DNA of 63,506 bases, counting the filler, from Sluysia triapertura (Eukaryota), in the NCBI GenBank assembly GCA_046118255.1. It is 5 parts of 5 records of this genome, joined end to end, with 100 filler letters (N's around TTAATTAATTAA, not from the genome) between each part and the next. Parts side by side here need not be neighbours in the genome. Positions count along the whole stretch, not along the records: positions 1 to 15,517 come from JBJNIA010226127.1; positions 15,618 to 26,812 come from JBJNIA010187568.1; 3 more parts are not named here. The stretch is one strand, 5' to 3'. Under the pieces are notes generated by a model, which was not told where the DNA came from, made no database searches, and saw nothing but the letters and a program-made list of their open reading frames with translations. The position numbers and the translations under genes are program-made. Shown piece by piece: positions 14,288 through 26,495 of this stretch (within the stretch, counting starts at the first letter, position 1; each line of letters begins with the position of its first letter).

Positions 14288-14820
14288 CAGTGATTCCCAA
14301 ACTGGTCTATATCGACCCCCAGGGGTCGATGAAAACCTGCATGTGGTCTACGTGGGCGAAAAAAATGGGAGGTCAATGGCAAAAAATTTCAAAAATTGCA
14401 AAAAACAGTATAAATGATATAATTTTGACATTTAAAAAAATTACAAAAAAATAATATTATTAATATAATTAATATCGTCGGTCTAAAACCGATTTCACTT
14501 GATCTCAGAGCATTTTATATGCGTCTCACTCACTCCATAGTACGCGTTTTACTTAGGGTCTCACTTGCTGTACAGAGCTGTGAGTCTTCTACAAGAGAAA
14601 CTATCGGTGCTTTCACTAAGACCGCGCAAAAATAGTCACGCATTGCATTGACTCAAGTTTTAAATTTAATTAATAAATGTGTTGTTTTTTTACTTTTTCG
14701 CACTATAGGTACTTCACTACTGTTAGAAATTTAAATATTTCAAAGTGAATAGCAGGGGTTCTATCTAAAATTGAAAAACATGACAAGGGGTCTACGATAT
14801 AAAAAAGTTGGGAACCTCTG
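14288..14820. mobile_element. Non-autonomous hAT (Charlie-like) element
   Basis: TIRs CAGTGATTCCCAA / TTGGGAACCTCTG; 8-bp TSD CATCAAAC / CATTAAAC; subterminal GACCCC/GGGGTC motifs. Confidence 0.85.
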
Positions 14821-14972
14821 CATTAAACAAATCATTAATGTGTGCTCAGCGCCCACTTTGTACCTTTAAGTTTTTTATTTTTATATTTACTAGTACTAAA
14901 ACATTTTAATTTTAATAAGGAAATTAATACTTATTATATTATTGAAATATTAATTAAATGTTATTTTTGTAG

Positions 14973-15266
14973 TTGAAACAGAACAAATTTTACAAGCAGC
15001 TCGAAATGCAGTAGCAGCAGCAACCGAAATGATGTTACGTAATAACGAAAATCAGCAGAATCATCAATATTCACATAATATTAATAGTAGTGAATCACAT
15101 AGTGATGCACATTATTATTCTCAAGTAAATAAAGTCCGGGATCTGTATAATACCGATCAATATTATGGAGCTCACCATGAAGAATATCTAGATGATCCGG
15201 AATTAATTGGTATGAAGCCAAGTGAAGAATGTGATCCTGAAATTTATTCGATTTCTAAATATTCTG
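14973..15266 (+). CDS. FCHSD/Nwk-like exon (linker before the SH3 domains; downstream exons cut off by the scaffold end)
   Basis: TTTTTGTAG acceptor; phase 1 joins the previous exon to give SG-VETEQILQAARNAV (compare IG-VSVDTWLKSAMNQV); GTAAGT donor at 15267. Contains ORF 15029..15307. Confidence 0.75.
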
Positions 15267-15444
15267 GTAAGTTCTTTTTTGAGATATTTTATCTCTTGTT
15301 GATTTAAAATTTAATTTGTAAATAAATTATAAATTTTGGTTAAAATTTCACCAACATTGTATATTTTTGAAACGTCAATTTCCTGAGGTAAAATGCTACT
15401 TAACTACTCATATATCAAGCTTTTTTCAACTCTGTTATTTATTA

Positions 15445-15517
15445 CTCCCTCTGTCCGAAAATAAGAGTCCCATTTCTAAATATTAGGTTTTTTTATTGAT
15501 TTAAATGGTATGAAGGG
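15445..15517. mobile_element. Stowaway-like (Tc1/mariner) terminus, cut by the gap
   Basis: TA then CTCCCTCTGTCCGAAAATAAGAGTC, close to the Stowaway TIR consensus CTCCCTCCGT. The other end is not in view. Confidence 0.55.
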
Positions 15518-15617
15518 NNNNNNNNNNNNNNNNNNNNNNNNNNNNNNNNNNNNNNNNNNNNTTAATTAATTAANNNNNNNNNNNNNNNNNNNNNNNNNNN
15601 NNNNNNNNNNNNNNNNN
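15518..15617. other. Artificial scaffold spacer N44-TTAATTAATTAA-N44 (also at 26813-26912, 39576-39675, 52381-52480)
   Basis: Four identical 100-bp spacers whose core places stops in all six frames. Confidence 0.95.
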
Positions 15618-16227
15618 GTAACCCCTGCGATTTTTAATAAAGTTAGAGAATAATTTATTAAAGAATTTGATTTAAAGAAGTGTTTTAAATATATGGAGAG
15701 TTTGATTTATATAACTGTAATTGTGATATAAAGAAATTGATTTATAGAATTATATTTTTCCTATAGAGTTTTGATTTGTATAACTATTATATTGTAAATA
15801 AAATTAAAGTACGTTGGATTAATTAATTAATACATAAATTTCATTATTTGTTCTAACCTTTGCACTTTTTATACTTTCTATAGATAAATGTTGAATTAAT
15901 TAATATTTTATAGATAAATGTTATAAAATTAACTTTTGCACTTTTTATAGATAAATGCTAAAGAAATTTATTGTTAAGTTAAAAACTTTTTATCTGTAAA
16001 TAATTAAATTAAATAATTAAATCAAAAAAGCAGATAATATCTACATTTAAAAGTTTTTTAAATTTGTACAAAGTTTAGAAATAATATTTTAATTAATTTA
16101 TCAAAAAATTATCGGAATTTTAAAAGAATGTAAATAGCTTGCTACTTTTAAAAAAAAGACACACAAAAAATAATTTAGCGGCTTACTTTTAAAGTTTTTT
16201 AAAATTTCCGTGGAGCAATTGATATTT

Positions 16228-16390
16228 GTTGTGGATACTTCGATTATTGATTTGGATACAATTCGATTATTGGTTTGGATATAATTCGATTGTGGATTTG
16301 GATACAGTTCAGTCGTTGATTTGGATACAATTCGATTACTCGACTATTGGTGGAAAAACATTATTGTGGACTCGATTCGACTATTGATTG
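16228..16390. repeat. Degenerate ~23-bp minisatellite (TTTGGATACAATTCGATTATTGA), about 5-6 units
   Basis: Tandem copies read directly from the sequence. Confidence 0.8.
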
Positions 16391-19300
16391 TGAAATATCA
16401 TCAAACATTATTCATCTTAGATAATAGTAAGCTATTTGTATTAAGAGATTCACATAAATATATATTGTGTTAAAATCTTACTTAAAATCAAATAAATTTT
16501 ATACCCAAGTATTCACCTGGGTCAAAATCATTTTTTAAAATCATCATTTCAATTTAATTAGGAGTAATCCTAAATTTAGTAATCCATTATTATTATTATT
16601 ATTGCTATTATTATTCATTCTGTTTATTGTAAAATTTAGTGTCATTTTGAGTTGTTTTATACTTACATTTTAATAATAAATATTCAGAGTACGTTTGTAC
16701 TACATTTGCTTGTTTTAATTTTCGATAATTTAAAGACTTATAAATAGTCAAAATTAGCTACAGAGAAGCATCAATAAATTATAAAAATATATATATATAG
16801 ACCCTCCAATTAGACATTAAGGAACACTTTTCGTAGAATTTTTGACATACCTATAACCAAGTCTTCCGCAGGATATAAAACTTAGATTATAGGCGAACCC
16901 AGTCAGCATAAAATTCATAATTGTTTTAAGATAAAATCTGAACATATATATATATATATATATATGAATACGAAAATATTTTAATGGATTATGAAATAAT
17001 TATAAAAATAATAATAACTGAATATCCATTAAGTGGATTTTATACAAAAAAATAATTAAATTTTGAAAAATACTCAAATGAATGAAATATGAATTTTTAA
17101 TGGGTTACATTAATGGATTCTAATATATTTTAATATAATAGAATTGATAATGAATAATTTTCGATTTAATTCGCTAATGGAAAATTAATGAATGCATAAA
17201 TGAATATAAAAATAGCAGTATACAAAAAGAGCCCGTTATTGATCTATGCTACGTTCTTTAAAAAGCCCACTGTAACTACCATTCTGGTCGATACTGGAGG
17301 ATGCTTATCATAATTATCTAAGTGAATCATAAACGCAAACTATTTCTCCTCGATCTGATTTCCATTAATTTTCCACCATTCTAAAACCGTAAGTTTGTTT
17401 TAAGTTTTCCTCTTATTTAAGGCAAAAGTTAAAATCCCACTTAATAAATTTAATTGTTCTCAATTAGTTTAAGATTAGCATTAAAATCATACATAAAATC
17501 TTCGTAACGATAATCTGATAGTTTATTTACATTTTTATTTTATTATTATTCATATTATTATATAGGTGTATTAAAATTTAATTTTGATAGCATTACCTGC
17601 GTTATACAAGTACGTTATAAAAGAAAGATTTTTATTCTTGAAAGATAATAAAAATAGGATAATTCACATCATATAATCGAGAATTATAGAATTAAAATTA
17701 TATCCTTAATCTGGAATGAAGTGATTCGTTAGGTAAAATTAGAAAGGTAATAGTTAAATCGTACGCTAAAAAATCGTTTACTTTAGTTACTGGCACGCCA
17801 ACTTTACATAGGTTGTTAAATTCAATATATTGTTAATATTAGTAATTGTGTAATTATCTAAAAAAAACTTGAAATTAAAGTAAAATTTTCCATTGGATAT
17901 AAAACAATATTTAAGAAGCACAAATTAAGACACAGCAAACACAAGTGCAAAAAGGAATGATTGACATATCGCGAGTTGGTAAACTTTCAAAACAACATTC
18001 AGTGATCTTACCAACAAAGTATCGAAACAAACTAAAATAATTCTATATAAGCACAGTTTTTTTGAAAGCATACATAAACTTTCTTAAGTAATAAGCTCAT
18101 ACTTGTTTAAGATTTTGCTAGTTTACTGCTGGCCTCAATACAAATAAAATCTTTTTAACGTAAATTCAACATTAAAATAAATTGATAAATCTTTATAAAT
18201 ATAAAATCAGGGTTCTTATCTAATATTTAATTCGCTACTATTTTATTTTTTTATTTATTCATGATTGTACTTTATATTAATTTTAAATTTATAGAATAAA
18301 CATTTGTGCATTACTTTATTTTTTTGAATTAGTCATTTTGTTATAACAAAACGTTATACATTAGAAAGCCCCTCATACACAGTTAATAAATCAAATTTAT
18401 AACATATTTTTCATTTTGTCCTCCATTTCTGGTGCGTTTAAATGGTATTATTGTGTATCATTTTATTAATAGTATTATTATCGGTTTTGTCCAATTGAAA
18501 GATTTTTCTTCGATTTTCTAATTAATAATCTCGTTCTATTCTTGATCCATAAGGTGATACTGATGTTCCGATGTCTGTTGATGATTCTGAAACCATAATG
18601 GAATAATACATTTGTATTACTGGAGTAAAATGGTCGAACGTGGTTTATTAATTGCATGTTTATTAAGGAGCTGTTTGTGGACTTTCAAGGTTAAAACGCA
18701 ATGATTATATATGTCGTTTCTAAATTATTAATTGGTGTTTGTAGTAATGTTATTTCTTGATTTTATTGAGGAAAAAAATCTGATTTTCAGATAAAGATTT
18801 ATAAAATAAAATATAGCAAAACTTAAGGAGAATTAAAAGTTATTAATAAAGGTTATTAAATTGATATTTAACGAGTTTCGATTAATTATAAAGCGAATAA
18901 TTACGAGTTTAAACAAATAGTTTATAATTTCGATAACATAAAGTTTTGAACAAGTTACTCAGAAAATAGTTTATAAAACAAAATCATTATGTTAATTTAT
19001 TTATAAATAGTTTTTACCTGAAAATCGGAGTTCTACTCGTCTCTGATGTAAAAGATAGAAGTGCTAATGGAATTTTAAAATATCTCCCGAAGTCTCAAAA
19101 ATAAACGAGTCTTACTAGTGAAGCTTTATTGATAGCAATGATAAAGTAATATATAATTATATGACCAATGATTTTAATCCAAACGTAATGTTTAATAATT
19201 TTAATTAAATTTTTATTACAGCTCAAAATAGTTCGGTTTTAATTTACTTTAATGAAATCATAAATTAATTTAATTCACTGCCAACTACGAGTCATCTCAT

Positions 19301-22300
19301 AGGCAGAAGTTTGTGTTTGTGTCACTCGGCAGCAAGCGTATTAATCTTTAATCTATTTATTATATTTCAAATATAGAATATCGTACTTAGACTTTGAATT
19401 GTATTATTATAATAGCCGTATGGCGTTCTTTTTAATAATATTAATCAAAATTAATAATATTAATATAAAAGTTCAAATTAGAAACAATATGGGACTTAAG
19501 GTCCTGCATTAAATCATTAAACTATAACTTAAGAAAACTTTATTAAAGGTTACAATAATGGTTACAATTACATAAGAAAAAGACGAAATAATTGAAAAGG
19601 TCATGTACTGAACACGTCACAGAAATAAAAAGATAAAATAAAATCAGTCGATTCGAATTGAGCTTCCAATAGAGTATAAAGAAGAACTTGCCATTTTAGA
19701 AGTTGCTAACTAGCTTGAGATTCATCGTAAACAATTTGTACTGCGTCATCCCCATTTCCATCCGCTTGGAGTAAAACTCCACAATAAGTGAGCAATAATT
19801 CGACTGGTAATGGTTGATTATTCATAGTTGCATATGTAATGATGTCGTGTGTCGAATTGGATATAATGTGACTGAACTCCCATGGTTGATAAATAAAGAC
19901 TAATTTCGAAAAATCGCGTTCTGACACTGACATGTAGCTGTTCATTGACATCTTGAACAGATATAGCACTAGGCTTTTTAAAATATCGATCATTCACATA
20001 TTTTTCTTTAAAAAAACGATTCTATGAGGATGTATTTGATAAGATAGATTTGGCTTGCAAATTTGTATTGCATCTTTTGTTTGTTGACGAAGAGATGATC
20101 CTAACAGTAAATGTTCCCCCCATTTATTAGCACCTGACTGAGATAAACTTTTCAATATTGCCAATTGAATTTTACGCCATTTTGATTTGATTAAATGTTT
20201 AATTTGACTCATGCAACGTATTAATCGTCACATAAAATTAATTCAAATTGAATGTCCAACACATCACAGTAAAATTTAACATCATCTTCCGTGGTTTGTG
20301 CAGGTTTAGTATTAGAATTTTCTAAGTTAATTTGATCGATTGGCAACATTTTTCCATTATTTTCGAGAATTACATAAACTTCATCTTGCGTGATTTATGC
20401 AGATTTTGTGTTAGAATTTTCTAAGTTAATTTGATCGATTGATAAAACTTTTTCGACGATTTCAAAATTCTCATAAAATTTTTGAACATTTTTAAATACA
20501 AATAAAAAGTTAAATATTTAAACAAAATCTTTAAAAATTAAAACTTATTTTCATAACGCATAAATCATATACATTTTCTTATGTACATTATCTTCAAAAG
20601 CTTTTACATTTTTAAAATATAAATATATACATAAATTAAAATTTCAGACGTGCTGCCAAGGTGGACGAAGATGATATCAACAAGAACTATAATTAATTTA
20701 AATAATAAAATGTTTATGAATGGGTTTGGAGTAAATTATATTTATACTTATGTTTATGTTTAATAATGAGTGTATCTAACAACAAAAAATGATGTGTATA
20801 GCTATGGCACTACAATTATTAATTTGATAGTCTAAATCAAGTAATTAAACGATTGTCAGTTTCAAAATCTCTCAATAAATGATCCAGATCAAGTGGATAG
20901 AGTTCTTTGATAGATAAATAAAATTACTTAGAATGAATTATATAATTCTCTAAAATTGGTCACACCATTAAAGTCTTTTCTAAGAATCCTTTTTTCCTCT
21001 TCTACGTGTATCTGTTTTTTGTGTGGCTATGATCAAATGGCACCTTCTTACATAATATTTTTCATGAGTGCCTTATATGGACAAAAATTTATTTATCTTC
21101 TATAATGCATTTTCTGAAAGCAATTTCTTTCTACAGCGAATTTCAGTATTTGGCCAATTATTATCTTATAATGAAATTCTTTTTTCTCATCTTATTATGT
21201 ATATTTTTACTTTTATTATTATAGTAAGCATATATATTTAATGTATTTTTAGTAACATTAATTTTTAGTATTATATAAATTCTTAGTAGTAGAGAGTGTA
21301 AACATTTATTTTTACATAACGTAGTTTTAAATACATTTATTTTCAGTAAAAACATCTATTTCTAGTAAAATTAATATTTGCTTTTAGTTTTGTGTGCATT
21401 TAGTTTACATTAATAATAACACCTAATTAAGCTCGGTGTTTATTTCAAATTCTAAAATTTATCTAAAACATTCAAATAATTTTATAAATAAAATATTTTG
21501 ATAACTTTTATTGTAATATTAATTTATTTTTAAAATTTTAATTTAATCACTTTAAATTATTTGAAATATTGTAATATAACTGTCATATTTTAAACTTTAA
21601 TCCGAAACAGAGATGTCAAAATATTCTTAGACTCTGGCTTTCAAGCAAGCTATTGAAAAGAAAGTAAAATATAGTAGTAATCTACTGGTAGCCTGAATTA
21701 GCCGTCGATGAGAAACGATTGCGTTACTAGTGAATCTAGCTGCGTAATTTAAGAATTAAAACAGAATGATTCGACTCCGGTTTCGAGGTTGTGGCCGAAA
21801 TTCAAACGGTTGGATTTTACAACCGCGGCTTCAGAATCACCGAATTACGCGGATCGTAATATCTATATTCTAAATAACTGGCTTTTTACATCGAATTCAA
21901 GGTATCTCGGTTTGTGGACAATTTGGAAAACACTACATCATATGACTGACCGACAAAGTGATTCATTTTTTCCTTACTGCAGCAAATAGTGTAAATGATT
22001 TCAACTCAAACCTGAAGCAATAGGAACATTGGAAACAACATAGTTGAAAGTACGTTATATGTTATTAAAATGAATGATTAGAATGTATATTATAAATTAT
22101 GTATATTATGCATTAGACGGAATGGAATAATTTTAATATTATTATTATATTATATTATATTATAATTATAATAATAATTATTATTATTAAGACTGAATTA
22201 GTATTTAATGTATACAAATTAGTAATAAAATAACTAATAACAAAAATATATTTATTAATGACCAAATATAATTTCCTATACTACGTTCTACTATAAATAT

Positions 22301-24062
22301 AAGTTGATCAGTACAAAAATCGAAAAATAGAATAATCGAATTTGTTTAATAACATTAATTCAAGCCAATATTTGGTAAATTAATTTTTTGTAATTATTGA
22401 ACATTTGTTACTCAATAAGATTGTTTCGTGACGTTTAATTTTTATTTGCTTGACAATAATGTTACAAATTTTTAGCAAGTGTAAAATTAATAAAGGTAAA
22501 GAAATAAAGATAAAGAAAATTTTTATAAATTTTTAAGTTTGAATCATTTTCTTTTGCTTATCTTTGTGGTTATAATAATTTTGTTACTAATAAAATTACA
22601 ATAAACTTAGAGACTTTAATTTTAAAGATGGATTTAAAATTAAGATTTAAAGGTAATAAAACCTTAATTGGCATTTCCATCTTTAACAGAGACGAGTACT
22701 AAAAATGTTTTCAACTGATATAAAGAATTCATAAACAAACCCAATAAACAAAAATATAAAAATATAAAGTTTAAAATCGTATCAACAAAAGATTCGCATT
22801 TGAACATTAGTCAACGAACGAAAGCCGTTCAGTGTCATGAATCTGCTTGAATAACATGAGATACGAAACAATCTTACATGAGTTGAAATGAAAATGACTA
22901 TCAGAAAACATCTTCTTAATCAAGGCAGTTTACGTTTTCACATCACTCAAGAAACCAAAAATAAGTTAATAAAATAATTGTTAAATAAATATTATTAAAT
23001 TAATGTAAGAATTTTTGTAATTTTAAGACTAACACCATCATTGGAATGATTCCAAATGCGCTATTCCTGCAACAAACATTTCATGAAATGCAATGTTAAA
23101 GGCAATAAATATAGATTTGTGCCAGATTGGCTGAATGATCCTGTTTGCTCTATCGATTTTAATTCCTGATAAAATCGCATGCTCCTCCACAACTATAAGT
23201 GATTAAGTGAGTTAACATAGTTTGAAAAGCTCTCCAGTAATGTTAAAGTTTAGTCTTTTGAAGCCTGCGACATTACTTTCGATGTCTCCGACTTTCTTCA
23301 CTGCACAACAAAACCATCGTTGTAGAATTTTCTCCATAAGTTTGCTTGAAATTGACAAAAACTTCCAAGAAAGTACTCATAACAATGAAAAGTCTAAGGA
23401 TGATTTTGAAGATGAAACGAACATTAAATAAACTGACTGTTATTATGTTCACATTTTTATATAAAGTACGTTGCAGTTTTATATGCACTTATATAAGGTT
23501 GAACTTATTAACACTCATTTCTATCACACTAAAGGTATTCCAGAAATACAAAATGTTGTTAATTTGTTGTTCAAAAATGTTTAAAATTAATTAGATGAAA
23601 TGATTACTTAACAGTAAATTTCTTCAAAATTAATCACTAAATTTATAAAATGGAGCCTTTACAATCGTAGGTTAGGTATCCTCATGTCATTAACCCATTA
23701 AGGTATTGCATAAACACAAAACATCCAATACTAATCAGTAAAATACTATTAATTATATTTATTTCAAACAAAAGTGATTCATACTTATATATATTTACTT
23801 ATTTAAATATATAGCCCAAGTTTGTAAATATTGGCTACTTACACCAATATATTTGTTTTTCAAAAATCTTTTTAATTTAAAATTACCATTCCAACAGAAT
23901 ATAAATATCTAAAAAAACTATTATTTTAATATTATCGTTTAAACCAGGAATTAATAAGCACAAGAAAAAATGGGTAATCGATTCATATCTTTAAAGTGTT
24001 TAAATATCTATTCTTAATTAAAAAAGAATAACTACTAAAACAACTACCAATAGAATAGTTAC

Positions 24063-24640
24063 CAATAATGAATGCAGAAATTGCTCAACGAACTGCATAG
24101 TTGTTAACTTTCAAGTTACAATAATATAAAATATTTTATACGTTTTTCTCAGGAACGTATCTACCGTGTAAATCGGGGGATGGGTGTAATTTGATAATAT
24201 GCTTTAAATATAAAAAACTCTAACATAAACAACAAATTGCTTGAGAATCCTCTTCATCATTAAAAACCAAATGTGGCTTTTCCTTTGTAGATTCAGAATC
24301 TATGTATTGTGGTTCGTGGGGTAAATTCTAAATGATATCATAACGTCATTTATTTAAATTACAAATTGCAAGAATTCCAAAATACTCTGAAAACGTTCTG
24401 TTCGTACAGAACCACCCATTTGATCAGGTAAAAATGCCTTATCGGCGCTAACAGGTATTCCTGAAAGCGTATTTTAATAACAACAAATGAATTACCCTGT
24501 TTGTATTTATGAATATCTTCTTGAAGTTCCTTATCTAATTGAACGACATCAATATCTTTAAATTTGAAAGATACCGACATAAAACGTTTCATGCATTTAA
24601 CTAATTTGTTTGTTGACCACCTGCTTAATGATACTGCCAT
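24063..24640 (-). CDS. Spliced gene of unknown function. Exons 24640-24496, 24460-24363, 24327-24241, 24201-24142, 24107-24063; 3' exons unresolved
   Basis: ATG at 24640. Introns of 35, 35, 39 (GC-AG) and 34 nt give one open frame: MAVSLSRWSTNKLVKCMKRFMSVSF...YKQ-GIPVSADKAFLPDQMGGSVRTERFQSILEFLQF-NLPHEPQY...DEEDSQ-HIIKLHPSPDLHGRYVPEKN-LTTMQFVEQFLHSLL. Confidence 0.65.
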
Positions 24641-25929
24641 TCAACAATCTTATTAATTTCACGAAAAATTATAGCTTAATAAAATCAGATAGACTAATAA
24701 GAATGAAAAAAGATTTTAAAAAATAAAAAACAAAATAAATATTAAATATATTGCATTTTAAATATTTATTATAAAATATAAATAAAAATATTAAATGTTA
24801 TATTTTGACAATCACGATATACAATTTAGGTTCGCCACAAATAAAATTTTCACTTAAAATGTATTTCTAAGCTCACAAAACATAAAGAAAATTTATCATT
24901 TTTTAAAGTGCTATTTTATTTTTATATTCCTTCAAAAAAGGAAATTTAATACTTAAAAGTAACATTGTTAGTGTTGTAAACAATAGTGACATTTTAAACA
25001 ATATTTTAATATATACAAAAACTGAAAATATTTTATTTAAAAAATTCAATTAATTTTAAGATTATCCTAACATTTAATTCACACAGTGTATCAAAATATT
25101 GTGAGAATTTAATATTAATCTCGATATATTCTTTAAAATATCACAATTATAAAATGAAAATTTTTTTATAGTAAAACACCTTTAATATATATAAATAAAA
25201 TAAATTATTTTTTAATAAGAAAATGTCTTTTGTTATCCACTTCAAAGTTATAAATCTCTAAATATTAAAAATTATCACCGGGTGACATCAGTATTAACTA
25301 AAATATAAAATTCTCTTAATAAAATAATATCCGCTTAAATGTTTATTTTAGTCGGTTGCTAAAGAATAAGTCTCACTTTCACTGTTTTCCACATATGAAT
25401 TGAAGCAGTGTCCCTAAAGTTAAAAAGTTTTCAATTTCGTTATTGTGTTGAGTCTTTCAAACTATTAATTACGTTTAATCGATGTAACAATTAAATATAC
25501 TCTAACAATTATTTACTTACTCACTATATCAGATATATTATTGCAATAAAGAAAGGATTACTGCTATTATCCCAAATTTAAGCTCTTGACAATCAAAATC
25601 AAAACCAAGACAATAATGTACTATTAAACAAAAATTCGTAATATAATTTATTATCAATAAAAAATCTTTACTAAATGTTGAGAATCACTAAACGACAAAA
25701 ATAACAATATATTTATAATAAAATCAAAGATATTACAATCTAATTAAAATTAAACAACCAGTGACGTAACAGACTCTAATAATATCTAGAAAATTATTGG
25801 TAATTATGTTATTTAAATAATTTAGACCAACTTAACAAAAAGTGATCACGATTACAATAAAATCTTCTGCTAACAATAATTTTAAAGAAAAACTTAACAG
25901 TAATTTCCAAACACTTAGTATTTTGATAA

Positions 25930-26495
25930 ATTAATTTGCATAGGGATTTTCTTCCAAAAGCATCTTAACCCCTTCCATGTTTATGCCGTATATTTACGGC
26001 ATAACTAAAACTGACCAGAGCATAAAATGCCGTATATATACGGCACCAAAAAATCAAACGAATTTAAAAATTTTTAAGAAAAATTTTTTTTTATGATTTA
26101 AACTAAAACAAAACATTTTCACTAATAAAAAATAGCCGGTTTTCGACCATACACTTGAAAACTAAATAAACAGGGAAGGGGTTAAAATGTCTAAAAATCA
26201 AATATTATTTTTAACAAAAATTGCGCAGGGAATTGTCTGTAAAATCTCTTTAAAATGGATGAATATCAAAAGTATTTTTAAATATAATCCTTAAAAAAAA
26301 CTGCGGAGAGAGTTGTCTCTAAAAGTATCTTAATAATAGCTGAAAATCAAATATTATAATTCAGAAAAATCACTTGGGGCGTTTCCCAAAAAACTATTTT
26401 AGTAGTAACAAAAAATCAAACTTTAAAAATTTACAAAAATTACGTGGGGTGTTTCCCATAAAACTATTTTAATAATGACACAAAAAAAATCAAAT
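25930..26495. repeat. Degenerate ~65-70-bp tandem repeat (about 5 units); the first unit is interrupted by the piggyBac MITE
   Basis: Recurrent units of the form aaaaatt(g/a)c..ggg..(t)tt(c/g)..aaaa.ta(t/c)ttta.....aaaatcaaa. Confidence 0.6.
25969..26181. mobile_element. piggyBac-type MITE
   Basis: TTAA on both sides; TIRs CCCCTTCCATGTTTAT / ATAAACAGGGAAGGGG; two internal palindromes TGCCGTATATWTACGGCA. Confidence 0.88.

Noticed and set aside
16228-16390. Regularly spaced repeats as a CRISPR array
   Set aside because: Head-to-tail degenerate units with no unique spacers, no cas genes, and a eukaryotic context.
21640-22060. GC-elevated segment containing ORF 21789..21989
   Set aside because: No recognisable motif, splice structure or termini; cannot be assigned.
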